This document shows positions 15,434 through 24,464 of a DNA stretch of 64,000 nt, in pieces (the stretch's first letter is position 1; the number at the start of each line of letters is the position of its first letter). Origin of the DNA: a virus; IMG/VR virus record IMGVR_UViG_3300045049_000339, positions 43,717-107,716 of that record; one strand, given 5' to 3'. Under the pieces are notes generated by a model. It was not told the DNA's origin and searched no databases. It saw only the letters and a list, made by a program, of their open reading frames with translations. The translations under genes and the position numbers were made by a program.

Positions 15434-15448
15434 ACACACAAACTTCAT

Positions 15449-15589
15449 AGCTGCCTGGGGTAAAGACAACGGTTACTTCCATGCGGAGGAGGTAGCGCAG
15501 GTTCGAATCCTGCCGGGGGCCTACGGGCTCCTGTCGTCTAGCGGCCCAGGACGCCTACGTTTCCGTTATCGCTTTGATATCAGGCAGCT
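15449..15589 (+). ncRNA. YrlA-like Y RNA unit 4 with permuted tRNA-Glu-like body
   Basis: AGCTGCCTG/CAGGCAGCT outer stem; acceptor CGGGGGC-cTACGg-GCTCCTG; D arm TCGTCTAGCGGCCCAGGAC typical of tRNA-Glu. Confidence 0.85.
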
Positions 15590-15590
15590 T

Positions 15591-15684
15591 GCAGAACCCA
15601 TCACCGGGGTACTGCTCACGGTTACTTCACCCTTCAAAGATGAAAAAACACCGTGAGCGCTCTGAAATCGGTGGTGGGTTCTGC
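15591..15684 (+). ncRNA. Short Y RNA unit 5 lacking the tRNA domain
   Basis: 16-bp outer stem GCAGAACCCATCACCG/CGGTGGTGGGTTCTGC; same GGGTA, CGGTTACTTC and GAAAT frame; GCTCACGG/CCGTGAGC. Confidence 0.8.
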
Positions 15685-15727
15685 TTAATGGCAAGCCCAG
15701 TGCCATCAGGAAAAGGAGGAACAGACG

Positions 15728-17410
15728 ATGGCCAAGTTTAACCAGAAGACCCGTACCTGGGAGAACCAGGGAGGTTCGGCCTTTCCCGCCGCAGGAACGA
15801 AGCGGCAGACCACCACGACCACGAACCACACCGGCCGTGCCGTGTGGAACCTGGACGACAAGACCAACCTGTTCTTCCGCGCCACGTCCGCCTTCGCCGG
15901 TCAGGACACGTACTACGAGAAAGGCGCCAAGCGCGACGCCGAGGCCATCGCCTTGGTCCGAAAGCTCGCTATCGGCGACTGGGACTGGACGGCGAAGTTC
16001 CTCGTCTGGCTGCGCGCCGAGGGCAACATGCGCACCGCGCCGGTCATGCTGGCTGTCGAGGCAGTTCGTGCACGCCTGGAGAAGAAGCTGCACCCGGCTG
16101 CCGGTGAGATGTCTCACCGTGCGCTCATCGCGGCTGTTCTCCAGCGCGCGGATGAGCCGGGCGAGATGCTCGCCTACTACGAGAACGTCGTCGGCCGCAC
16201 CATGCCGAAGGCGATCAAGCGTGGTATCGGTGACGCGGCCAAGCGCATGTACAACGAGCGCAACTTCCTGCGGTACGACAGTTCGTCCAAGGCCATCCGT
16301 TTCGGCGGCGTCGCCGAGATGGCTCAGATGCCGAAGACGCACGGCTGGCAGTCCGACCTGATCACCTACGCCATTGGTGAGCAGCACCACCGTGAGCAGG
16401 ACATCCCTGACACGTTGGCGGCACTTCGTGCACGCAATGAGCTGAACAAGATGGACGCCAGCGACCGTCACGTTTTCGCGAAGAGCGCACTGGGCGGCCA
16501 CATCATCAACCGCACCAAGCTGGACCTGGCCATGGCCGGGCAGTGGGAGTGGTTCATGAGTTGGCTCGGTGATGCGAAGGGTGCCAAGGCCATCACGACG
16601 AAGGAGAAGTGGACGTTCGCCGCCCAGCGCATGGGCATCATGGCGGTCGTCCGCAACCTCCGGAACTTCGACGAGGCCGGTCTCAAGACGGGCGACAGCA
16701 TCGTCACCGAGATCAGTGGTCGGCTCACGAACGAGGAGCAGATCGCGAAGTCCCGCATGTTCCCGTTCCGGTTCTTCACGGCGCACTTGCAGCTCAAGTC
16801 CGTCACGTGGGCGGCCGGTCTGGAGGTGGCGCTTCAGCACTCGCTCCAGAACCTTCCGGAGCTGCCGGGCCGGACGCTGATCCTCGTCGACACCTCGGGG
16901 TCGATGCAGCAGAAGCTCTCGGCCAAGTCCGAGATGTCCTACGCCCAGGCCGCCGCACTGTTCGGCTGTGCCCTGAAGATCAAGAACCCGGACGGGGTCA
17001 ACCTGTGGGGGTTCGCCGACGGGCAGTTCGAGGCGCAGGCCACCACGGGTCACAGCGTTCTGCGCTGTGCCGAGGAGTTCTGCCGCCAGAACGGCCTGGT
17101 CGGTCACGGAACGCAGATGGAGGCGGCCGTCCGTGCCACGTACGCGGGGCACGACCGAGTCATCATCATCTCCGACATGCAGGCGTTCCCGACCGGCGGT
17201 TACAGCCGGTACGGGTACAGCTACATGACCGGTGACGTCGCTGGGGCTGTTCCGGCGCACATCCCGGTATACGGTTTCAACCTGGCCAGCGGCTCCACCA
17301 CACCGCTGGGCAAGGGCAACCGGCACAGCCTTGGTGGCCTCTCGGATGTGACGTTCAAGCTGATCCCTCAGCTTGAGAAGGTCGGCCGGGGTTCGTGGCC
17401 CTGGGAGTAA
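15728..17410 (+). CDS. rsr: TROVE-domain Ro60/Rsr RNA-binding protein with C-terminal vWA domain
   Basis: WLRAEGNMRTAP, LQRADEPGEMLAYY, PKAIKRG, MAVVRNLRNF, SRMFPFRF, ILVDTSGSM (MIDAS), IIISDMQ; AAGGAGG RBS. Confidence 0.95.
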   Translation: MAKFNQKTRTWENQGGSAFPAAGTKRQTTTTTNHTGRAVWNLDDKTNLFFRATSAFAGQDTYYEKGAKRDAEAIALVRKLAIGDWDWTAKFLVWLRAEGNMRTAPVMLAVEAVRARLEKKLHPAAGEMSHRALIAAVLQRADEPGEMLAYYENVVGRTMPKAIKRGIGDAAKRMYNERNFLRYDSSSKAIRFGGVAEMAQMPKTHGWQSDLITYAIGEQHHREQDIPDTLAALRARNELNKMDASDRHVFAKSALGGHIINRTKLDLAMAGQWEWFMSWLGDAKGAKAITTKEKWTFAAQRMGIMAVVRNLRNFDEAGLKTGDSIVTEISGRLTNEEQIAKSRMFPFRFFTAHLQLKSVTWAAGLEVALQHSLQNLPELPGRTLILVDTSGSMQQKLSAKSEMSYAQAAALFGCALKIKNPDGVNLWGFADGQFEAQATTGHSVLRCAEEFCRQNGLVGHGTQMEAAVRATYAGHDRVIIISDMQAFPTGGYSRYGYSYMTGDVAGAVPAHIPVYGFNLASGSTTPLGKGNRHSLGGLSDVTFKLIPQLEKVGRGSWPWE

Positions 17411-17424
17411 TCCCAGAAACACGA

Positions 17425-17460
17425 AAAGAGCCCCCGCCTCGAAAGAGGCGGGGGCTCTTT
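17425..17460. terminator. Bidirectional terminator between convergent arms
   Basis: AAAGAGCCCCCGCCTC-GAAA-GAGGCGGGGGCTCTTT. Confidence 0.9.
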
Positions 17461-17469
17461 GTGCACGAA

Positions 17470-18327
17470 TTACTTGGCTGCGTCCAGCGCGTGACCCATG
17501 GCCTGGAGAATGGCTGGGACCAGGACCGGAGTGAGCTGCGCGGCGATGGCGGCCACCTGCGCGTCGGTCAGCTTCGGCGCGGCGACGGCGCCGACGGCCA
17601 CCTTGATGGCGTCCACCTCCGTCTTCAGCGCCGCCAGCGCGGCAGCGCTCGCCTTGGCGTCGTTGGCGATGTTCTGGACGGTCTGGTGCACGTCCGGCGA
17701 GTCGCCCGGACCCTTGTAGGCCCAGACATCAAGTGGAGTAGGCAAGTCAGTTCCTCCAGAAGAGTTGGAATTCGGGTACTGACCGAAGTCAGCCGTCTCG
17801 GAGTAGTCGACGTCGGCGTTGCCTCCGAAGAGGGTGTTCGCCTCCTGGTGAATGGTGGCGTGGGAATCCCACACGCCGCCGCTCCATGCGACGGTCTGCC
17901 ACAGGTACTTGTACCCGGCGGCAGCGGCTCCGGCAATGACGTGCAGGCCGCCATACACGCCGACGTGGCCCTGTCCGAGGACGTTGGCGGCGCCAGCGAA
18001 ATACTGCTCCACGCTGGCCCAGTCGGTGTCGGTGTCGACAGCGAAATGGATGACAGCGGTGGCGGGAAGACCGACTGCGGCGCGCTGTTCGCTGGCCGTA
18101 CGGGCGTCCGCCTGACCGGCCGCGTAACCGGCCAGGGCGCGTGTCGTGGTGGTCTCCCACACGCCGACGATGGCGAGCCCGGCGGCGATGTACTCCGCGA
18201 CGAGAGCGTGCGTCAGGTTCTTGCTGGGGTCCTCGGAGTAGTACCCGGCCGCCCAGTGCGCACCGGCCGCCTTGGCTTCAGCGGCCGTGGGCTTGGTCCA
18301 GGCGAAGTCAATTCCCATCACCGGCAT
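17470..18327 (-). CDS. Endolysin, DUF1906/GH25-like TIM-barrel glycoside hydrolase
   Basis: GIDFAW, KNLT, VGVWE, IHFAVDTD, VGVYGG, WQTVAWSGG, DVD motifs; C-terminal helical domain. Confidence 0.85.
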   Translation of the reverse strand: MPVMGIDFAWTKPTAAEAKAAGAHWAAGYYSEDPSKNLTHALVAEYIAAGLAIVGVWETTTTRALAGYAAGQADARTASEQRAAVGLPATAVIHFAVDTDTDWASVEQYFAGAANVLGQGHVGVYGGLHVIAGAAAAGYKYLWQTVAWSGGVWDSHATIHQEANTLFGGNADVDYSETADFGQYPNSNSSGGTDLPTPLDVWAYKGPGDSPDVHQTVQNIANDAKASAAALAALKTEVDAIKVAVGAVAAPKLTDAQVAAIAAQLTPVLVPAILQAMGHALDAAK

Positions 18328-18493
18328 TCGGCTCCCCTTTCACGATGTCCAGTATCGCAGCGTGGTGTTTCTCGTGGAGGCGTTTGATGTGGCGGTGATA
18401 CCACCAGCCGAACAGACCGGCAACCGGTGCCCACAGCAGATCGGCCAGGATGTTCGGCCAAACCTGCGACCATGTATTCGACAGCCAGCTCAT
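18308..18493 (-). CDS. Small membrane protein, holin candidate
   Basis: One hydrophobic segment with basic/His tail; directly upstream of the endolysin. Confidence 0.55.
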   Translation of the reverse strand: MSWLSNTWSQVWPNILADLLWAPVAGLFGWWYHRHIKRLHEKHHAAILDIVKGEPNAGDGN

Positions 18494-18949
18494 TCAGGTA
18501 CCTGCGTCAGAGATGAGCTTTCGGACGTACTTCGACGCCTCGAAATCAGAGGCGGAGGCGACATGCACACCACCTGGACCTCGATGATGGGCGACGCAGA
18601 GTACCATGAGATTAGCTGGGCTCTCGACCCAGGCTCCCACTTTATCCTGGCTGGAGATGCCAGGGTAGTCCACTTCGAGCCATGCAAGGTCGACGCCGTT
18701 CTGAAGGCTGAACTCGACGTGGGCGTGGTGAAGCTCCAGGGGTTTGTCAAGGGAGCACTCAGAGAAATCGCCACGGTGCTTCCCAATGGCGCACTGCCAC
18801 TTCTCTGGGTCCTTCTTCCACTCGCGGTGCAAATGGGAAAAATCAGCGTAGTGCGGATCGTCTTCGCGTGCTGGGTGTGGTGGGTAGTGCACGTCGTAGT
18901 GACTCGTGTGCGCCTGAACGTGAGCTGCAACAATCTTGTCGTCTGTCAT
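18494..18949 (-). CDS. His/Cys-rich HNH-like protein in lysis cassette
   Basis: LELHHAHVEF...NLMVLCVAHHRGPGGVH. Confidence 0.65.
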   Translation of the reverse strand: MTDDKIVAAHVQAHTSHYDVHYPPHPAREDDPHYADFSHLHREWKKDPEKWQCAIGKHRGDFSECSLDKPLELHHAHVEFSLQNGVDLAWLEVDYPGISSQDKVGAWVESPANLMVLCVAHHRGPGGVHVASASDFEASKYVRKLISDAGT

Positions 18950-18956
18950 TTCTCCC

Positions 18957-19271
18957 CTATTTTCCGACGTGAACCGGGTCCAGCCATGCCAAGAGTGTGA
19001 TAACGATTACGATGATGGAGAGAATGGTCGGCCAAACGAACCGCTTCCATTCCTTGTTGTCGTTCTCGGCTTCTTTTTGTGTGGTGATATGTGCTTCGAT
19101 AACCGTGATTCGGTTGCTCTCTGCTTCCACGCGCCGGATCAGCTCGGTGACCTCAGTTCGGTCAGCTTTGGCGTCCAGCTTCCCTTCGAGTCGTCCAAGT
19201 GATCCACGGATGTCGCTCAGCAACTCCTTAACGCTGTAGGTGATCGAGGCCATGTCATCGCTGTCTGGCAT
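18957..19271 (-). CDS. Coiled-coil protein with C-terminal TM helix (lysis accessory/holin-like)
   Basis: ATG at 19271 after GGAG; LEGKLDAKADR; FVWPTILSIIVIVITLLAWL. Confidence 0.7.
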   Translation of the reverse strand: MPDSDDMASITYSVKELLSDIRGSLGRLEGKLDAKADRTEVTELIRRVEAESNRITVIEAHITTQKEAENDNKEWKRFVWPTILSIIVIVITLLAWLDPVHVGK

Positions 19272-19421
19272 ATATGCTCCCAAGGGCTTGAAGACGGCGA
19301 CCGGCACGTGCCCGTCACTTTTGATCGTACCAATTGAAGCATCATTCATGATCATCAGACCTTGCACTCATGAAAGCCCTGCACCGGGCTTTCCGGTGCA
19401 GGGTCATTCTTGCAGCCCGAG

Positions 19422-21749
19422 CTAGTTCAACTGCGTAACCCCGACCGGTGGCCAGGACGTGCCGGTCTGGTAATTGATCTGAGCGATGCTGGTCAATGCC
19501 TCCACATTCTCCGGCGCCATGATCATGTAGCAGTCGGAAATGTAGATCAGATTGGTAGGGCCAGGAGATCCACCCTCGGTGGGCACGAGAGAGGCATAAG
19601 CGGCCGTGGCTGGCGGCGTAACCCAGTTGCTGACCTGAGTCCAGGTATTAGCCACGAGAGTGATGGTGTTGGACGTCGTGGAGATGTACGCGCCCGAACT
19701 GTCCGCCCAGTTCACCGACAGGGAGAAGCTGGACGTACCGGTTGGAGAGTAGAACCAGCCCGTAGCCAGGTACCACGCCTCACTACCGTATGTGGTCTGC
19801 TGCGCTGGAAACTGCTCCGAGGACACATATGCCTGTGTGAAGCCGCCTGTGGGCGTCAGCAGGCCGGAGAACGCGAAGCCGCCGTGCGTCTGGGCGCTGG
19901 ACTGCGTGATCGTCCCGTTGGTGGCCGTCCATGGGCTCACACCCGAAGTGAACGTCGGATTCTTGTTCAGCGCGTTGTTCGGCTGCATCGTCACTTCGAT
20001 GATGCCGGTCTGAATGCCGTTGTTGCCGTACGCCAGCGTCGACCACTTCTGGTAAACAGTGCTCTGCACACCACCCAGAAGGTCTTCAACAGTGTGAATG
20101 ATCGGGTTGGTCAGCGTCGTGTCGTACACGGTCAAGGGGACCGAGACACCGCTGAAAAACGTCGACCACGTATTCTGATGGCGCAGGGAGTTCTTCGCGT
20201 CCGGATAGACGCCGAAGTTCAGACCGATTCCGACGTAATCGGAGTTGCTGGCGTTCTGCGTTTCCTGAATGACCACCCAGTACGTCGCGCCATTGGTGAG
20301 GCCCGTCATGTACAGCGGCACCGAGACGATGGGAACGGCCTGGAAGAAGTTCTGGGCCACTGTGTTGTTGGTGTTGTAGCCCATCAGGTACCAGACGCCG
20401 TTGCCGTCCGTGAAGGCGGACATGGCGACAGTTCCAGGGGCATCGTTCTTGAATACATTCCAGCTCGGCGCCGGACCATTGTCCGTGGAGACGGTCAGCA
20501 CCGAGATGTAGGAGCCGAGTCCACCACCCGTGACCGTACCGGCGTAAGTGACCAGGGCATTGTCCATGATGCCCGTGCACCAGGATGCAACGGCGCTGCC
20601 GATGGCCTGGAACAGATTCGGACCCTGCTGCCAGTTCTCCAGCGAACCATCGGAGTTGATCTGGGCGTAGTACGTCTCCGCACGAGCTGTGTTGCTGGTG
20701 TCGACACCACCGGCCACGATCAGCCAGCCGTTGATCGCGGCGACGAACGGCAGGCTGAGAGCGCGAGGAAGCGACGGACCGGACTTCCACGCACTGATCT
20801 GGTTGTTGGAGACGGTGGCAAAGTAGACATTGGCGGTGCCGGACGCGATGGTGTTGGACGTGTTGCCGCCGACGTAGTAGACCGTCTCGCCCCAGGAGGC
20901 CGACGCCGCATTCGTCGTAGCCGTCGGAAGAGCCGCCTGGGATGACCAGGCACCGATGGTACCGGTCGAGGAGTCCCAGGAGGCCGACCAGACATTCTTG
21001 ATGGTCGCGTTGGCCGGAGAGGTGGTCGTGCCGCCCATGAAGACCACGGTGTCCGGCGTGGTGATGCACGTGGCCTGATAAGTGGCCTGGGGGAGCGCTG
21101 GCTGCGAGATGGGCGCCGCGACGGTCCCGGCGCCCTGGTACTGCGCTGTGAAGCACAGCGCGGAGGCGACGTTGGCCGTGGTGTCGTAGCCACCCAGCAG
21201 AAGGGAGAAATTGCCGCTGGTGCACGTTGCGAAGTACGACGGCGAACCGTTGATCGACGCGGCCGGGGAAAGCCACGGAACGGTCGGCGAGAAATTCGTC
21301 GCGAAGAACGTGTTGTTGTACGGCATTTGCCAGACGGTGTTGGCGTTCTCAAGCCCGAGCTGCGCGCCGGTAGCCGTCAAGACACTGGCCGGAACCTTCA
21401 CTTGGCACAGCGGAGACGAGGTATTGGGGACGCCTCCACTGTCCGAACACAGCGACACGAGGACGTCGGCGCCGTTCCCGAACGTCTTCAGCGGAAGAGT
21501 GACGCGGCCGATAGTCGTCCCGGACATGGTGAACGACTGCGCGAAATCCGAGATGTTCAGCGCCGGAGCACCCGTGGCGTGGGTGAAGTAGCCCTGATCA
21601 CCGTTGGTGGGGCGGACGACAGGATTACCGTATCCGAGCTGCGCGAAGGCATGCGTGCTCAGGAACTGGTTGTGATGCGCCGAGGCATCAGTGGCGTTCA
21701 GATTGTTCTGCGCACCGCTGATCGGCGCCTGCCATGCCGGAGTCGTCAT
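19422..21749 (-). CDS. Minor tail / receptor-binding protein with Kelch-like propeller and CBM4/9-like domain
   Basis: Repeated hydrophobic-GG...W...LP blades; LNKNPTFTSGVSPWTATNG..QTHGGFAFSGLLTP. Confidence 0.75.
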   Translation of the reverse strand: MTTPAWQAPISGAQNNLNATDASAHHNQFLSTHAFAQLGYGNPVVRPTNGDQGYFTHATGAPALNISDFAQSFTMSGTTIGRVTLPLKTFGNGADVLVSLCSDSGGVPNTSSPLCQVKVPASVLTATGAQLGLENANTVWQMPYNNTFFATNFSPTVPWLSPAASINGSPSYFATCTSGNFSLLLGGYDTTANVASALCFTAQYQGAGTVAAPISQPALPQATYQATCITTPDTVVFMGGTTTSPANATIKNVWSASWDSSTGTIGAWSSQAALPTATTNAASASWGETVYYVGGNTSNTIASGTANVYFATVSNNQISAWKSGPSLPRALSLPFVAAINGWLIVAGGVDTSNTARAETYYAQINSDGSLENWQQGPNLFQAIGSAVASWCTGIMDNALVTYAGTVTGGGLGSYISVLTVSTDNGPAPSWNVFKNDAPGTVAMSAFTDGNGVWYLMGYNTNNTVAQNFFQAVPIVSVPLYMTGLTNGATYWVVIQETQNASNSDYVGIGLNFGVYPDAKNSLRHQNTWSTFFSGVSVPLTVYDTTLTNPIIHTVEDLLGGVQSTVYQKWSTLAYGNNGIQTGIIEVTMQPNNALNKNPTFTSGVSPWTATNGTITQSSAQTHGGFAFSGLLTPTGGFTQAYVSSEQFPAQQTTYGSEAWYLATGWFYSPTGTSSFSLSVNWADSSGAYISTTSNTITLVANTWTQVSNWVTPPATAAYASLVPTEGGSPGPTNLIYISDCYMIMAPENVEALTSIAQINYQTGTSWPPVGVTQLN

Positions 21750-21761
21750 CCGATCCCCCTA

Positions 21762-22244
21762 TCAGGCGTGAACGTACATGACCGACATGAAGCTCCGGTT
21801 GGACACGAGGCTCAATGCACCGCCAGAGTTCTGCCAGGTATTCGCCTCAACATAGTCTCCCACACTGGCCTGGTATAGGACATTGGACAGGCTGACGTTC
21901 AGGAAGTTGTTGGAGTACGACTGGTTGAAGAACTGGGCACCGTTCAGAATCGACCCGTTGACCTGCAAGGCCAGTGCACGCACACCCAGACCGGCCGAGT
22001 TCGAGTACGTCAGGTTGGCATTGAGCGAATACAGGCCAGCCACCTGAAAGGTATACCGGCTCGGGTTGGTGACAGACGAATGACCGTTCCAGTTGTCATT
22101 AGTGGTCGAGTCCCAGGTCACCACATTGGAGAATGAGCTGCCGTTTGGAATCGACTGAGCGGAGTTCTGCCACAGCATGGCAGTCGGCTTGTTGTCCTGG
22201 AATGCCGCTTTCGCCAAGTTCAGGATCTCGATACTGGACGCCAT
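21762..22244 (-). CDS. Minor tail protein, C1q/TNF-like jelly roll
   Basis: WQNSAQSIPN, VTWD, RYTFQVAGLY, GDYVE..WQNSGGAL. Confidence 0.7.
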   Translation of the reverse strand: MASSIEILNLAKAAFQDNKPTAMLWQNSAQSIPNGSSFSNVVTWDSTTNDNWNGHSSVTNPSRYTFQVAGLYSLNANLTYSNSAGLGVRALALQVNGSILNGAQFFNQSYSNNFLNVSLSNVLYQASVGDYVEANTWQNSGGALSLVSNRSFMSVMYVHA

Positions 22245-22991
22245 TTAATTCACCGTCTGTAGGAGGCCATTAACATAGCTGAACGTGCGGTACCCCTGCT
22301 GGTAGCCACCGTTCTGCGAGGTCGTGTACTGGGCGATGTTGCTGATCTCAGGACCAGGGTTCGCGTAGTAGAGCAGCTCCCAGCGTGCTCCGTTGTCCTC
22401 CCAGGTTGTCTCGAAGTTGCCGGTGATGGTGCCGTCGAAAACTTGGAAGATGGAGCCGTACGCCTGCGCCGTCCACGTTGTTCCATTGGTCGAGGTGGAC
22501 GTGCCGGACGCCTGGTTCGACTTGTTCCACGTGTACTGGAAAGAGGCATTTCCGGCAGGCTGGGTGACCAACCAGTACGTGGTCGATGTGGAAAGGCCGG
22601 TCAGCGGCATCGGAAACATCATCAGCGCCGGTCCGGGGTTCACGTACTCGGCCGTCGCCTGCACCGTGAGAAGCGCGGCGCCAGTCGGTGCACCGGCCGA
22701 ATTCGCGTAGATCCCGATCGTCATGGCGCCGAGGTTGGCCCCCAGCGCCGTGTTCGCCGACAAACCCAGCACAACCCGGCCGATGGTCGTCGCGCTGCCC
22801 GTACTGAAGGACTGCGCGACCCACGTGCCGTTGCTGGCCGTGCCACCGGAACCGGCCGTCGTCTGGCTGGCGATCTGGCTACCGGCATAGATGAACTGCG
22901 TCTTGTGGATTCCGAGGTGCGAGTTCGGCTGCTGGGCGAGCGGGGGCTGCCCGGAGGTAGCCCCCAGCCACGTGTTCGTCGTAACGGCCAT
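22245..22991 (-). CDS. Minor tail protein (paralog of 24465-25220)
   Basis: Start MAVTTNTW overlaps the upstream TAA; WVAQSF, GIYANSAGAPTG, EDNGAR. Confidence 0.75.
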   Translation of the reverse strand: MAVTTNTWLGATSGQPPLAQQPNSHLGIHKTQFIYAGSQIASQTTAGSGGTASNGTWVAQSFSTGSATTIGRVVLGLSANTALGANLGAMTIGIYANSAGAPTGAALLTVQATAEYVNPGPALMMFPMPLTGLSTSTTYWLVTQPAGNASFQYTWNKSNQASGTSTSTNGTTWTAQAYGSIFQVFDGTITGNFETTWEDNGARWELLYYANPGPEISNIAQYTTSQNGGYQQGYRTFSYVNGLLQTVN

Positions 22992-24463
22992 TACTTCACC
23001 CGGGTCAGGCGCAGGTAGCTGCCCGCCGACAGCGTCGTGGTGCCCGCCGACACGCCGAGCGTCAGCGTCAGCGAACCGGCCGTTGTCGAGGTGACGAGGA
23101 GGCCCTTGAAGAACGCCATCCTGGTGCCCGCGTTCGACGCGTAGCTGTTGTTCGTCGCGCCGATCGTCGAGCTGTAGTCGAGCGACGCGCCGGTGTCGTT
23201 CCACTGCATCGTGGCGCCGGTCGGGCCGGTCCACGACGGTGTGGTGCTGCCGGTGGTGTTGGAGAAGATCAGGGCCGCTTCCATCACGTAGGTGGCGCTC
23301 GCCGCTACCGTGAGGGTGACCGGAGTCGCCGTCTGCGTGGCGGAGGTGAAAGTGGGGTTGGTGGCGAGTTGAAAAAAGCCGTCCACGAGCGAGCGCACAT
23401 TGCCTGAGGTGTCGCGCAGTTTCAGCGGATGGGCCGTGCTCGACTCGGAGTAGACCGTGCTGCCTGCGGTCGGGCTGGTCGTCGGCACCGTCGTGGCGTC
23501 GGCTAGCTGGAACTCTCCCGCACCGTTGTCGCCGAGCGGCGTGGTCGAGCCCACCAGCAGGTTCGTGGAGACGCCGAAGTTCCCGCCGACCAGGTATGCC
23601 TTGTTGAGGTCCGTCGTGCCGCTGTTCGGCCATGCGTTGAAGAAGATTGGGCCGATCGCGCCGTTGTCCTGGATGTTCGCGGTGACGCCGCCCTGCAACG
23701 TGCCACCGAACAGCGACGGCGCGATGACACCGGAACTGATCTTCAAGTTGATGTTGTTCGTGTCGCAATACGGGTTGAACAGCATCGTGCCGTGCGCGGC
23801 GGTGTCCAGCCAGATTCCATTGCCAGCAGCCGACTCCACATCGGAGCGGATGATCGTGGTGGAGTGACTGTTCGCGATGTAGATGCCGGAGCTGTTGACG
23901 TCGTCGCCCTGCGGGATGCACCGGGTGTTGTCGATGGTGTTCGCGTGCGCACTAGCCAAGATGGTGATGCCCGTGGACGACGCGCCGCCGTAGCCGATTC
24001 GGGAGTCACGAACCACGTTGTAGTGGCACGTCGAGGCGTTGAACTTGACGCCCACCAGTGGGTTGACCCCGGATGCGCCGCCACCGTCCACCAGAACGCG
24101 CTCGATGACGCTCGTGTTGCAGCCGGACCAGTCCAAAGCCGTGCCGAGGTGGGAGGCGTTCGTCTGGGAGATGCGGATGTCCCGCAGGAAACACCGGATG
24201 TTCCCGGTCGGCGCGATCGCGGTGGCGACCACGTTGCCGTCGTACTGGATCTGCGACCCCCAGCCGGTACCCATGATGACCGTGCCGTTGATCGACGGAG
24301 CCAAAGTGGATGTGATCTTGTACTGTCCAGGCGGGAACAGAATCGCCTGCCCGTTCGTGGCCACCGCCGCCAGCGCGGAGTTGATCGCAGACGTGTCGTC
24401 GTTGCTCCCGTTGCCCAGCGCCCCGTAGTCCTGCGGCGTCACATAGCCAGCCAGGTACGCCAC
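22991..24463 (-). CDS. Tailspike with pectate-lyase-3-type beta-helix
   Basis: TPQDYGALGNGSNDDTSAINSAL...ILFPPGQYKITSTL. Confidence 0.85.
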   Translation of the reverse strand: MAYLAGYVTPQDYGALGNGSNDDTSAINSALAAVATNGQAILFPPGQYKITSTLAPSINGTVIMGTGWGSQIQYDGNVVATAIAPTGNIRCFLRDIRISQTNASHLGTALDWSGCNTSVIERVLVDGGGASGVNPLVGVKFNASTCHYNVVRDSRIGYGGASSTGITILASAHANTIDNTRCIPQGDDVNSSGIYIANSHSTTIIRSDVESAAGNGIWLDTAAHGTMLFNPYCDTNNINLKISSGVIAPSLFGGTLQGGVTANIQDNGAIGPIFFNAWPNSGTTDLNKAYLVGGNFGVSTNLLVGSTTPLGDNGAGEFQLADATTVPTTSPTAGSTVYSESSTAHPLKLRDTSGNVRSLVDGFFQLATNPTFTSATQTATPVTLTVAASATYVMEAALIFSNTTGSTTPSWTGPTGATMQWNDTGASLDYSSTIGATNNSYASNAGTRMAFFKGLLVTSTTAGSLTLTLGVSAGTTTLSAGSYLRLTRVK

Positions 24464-24464
24464 G

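Noticed and set aside
14992-15560. Ordinary tandem tRNA genes or tRNA pseudogene fragments
   Set aside because: T arm precedes D arm in every unit, and the acceptor strands pair across a short loop within the unit; adjacent units do not assemble into normal tRNAs
14955-15684. CRISPR array interpretation of the repeated GGGGTA...CGGTTACTTC units, with the Cas4-like gene at 3008
   Set aside because: Repeats are short discontinuous motifs within paired frames, the inserts are tRNA-like, and the nuclease sits in a standard phage recombination module
22992-23921. N-terminal 310 aa of track ORF 22245-23921
   Set aside because: Off-frame overlap with the tailspike gene; the real start is the ATG at 22991
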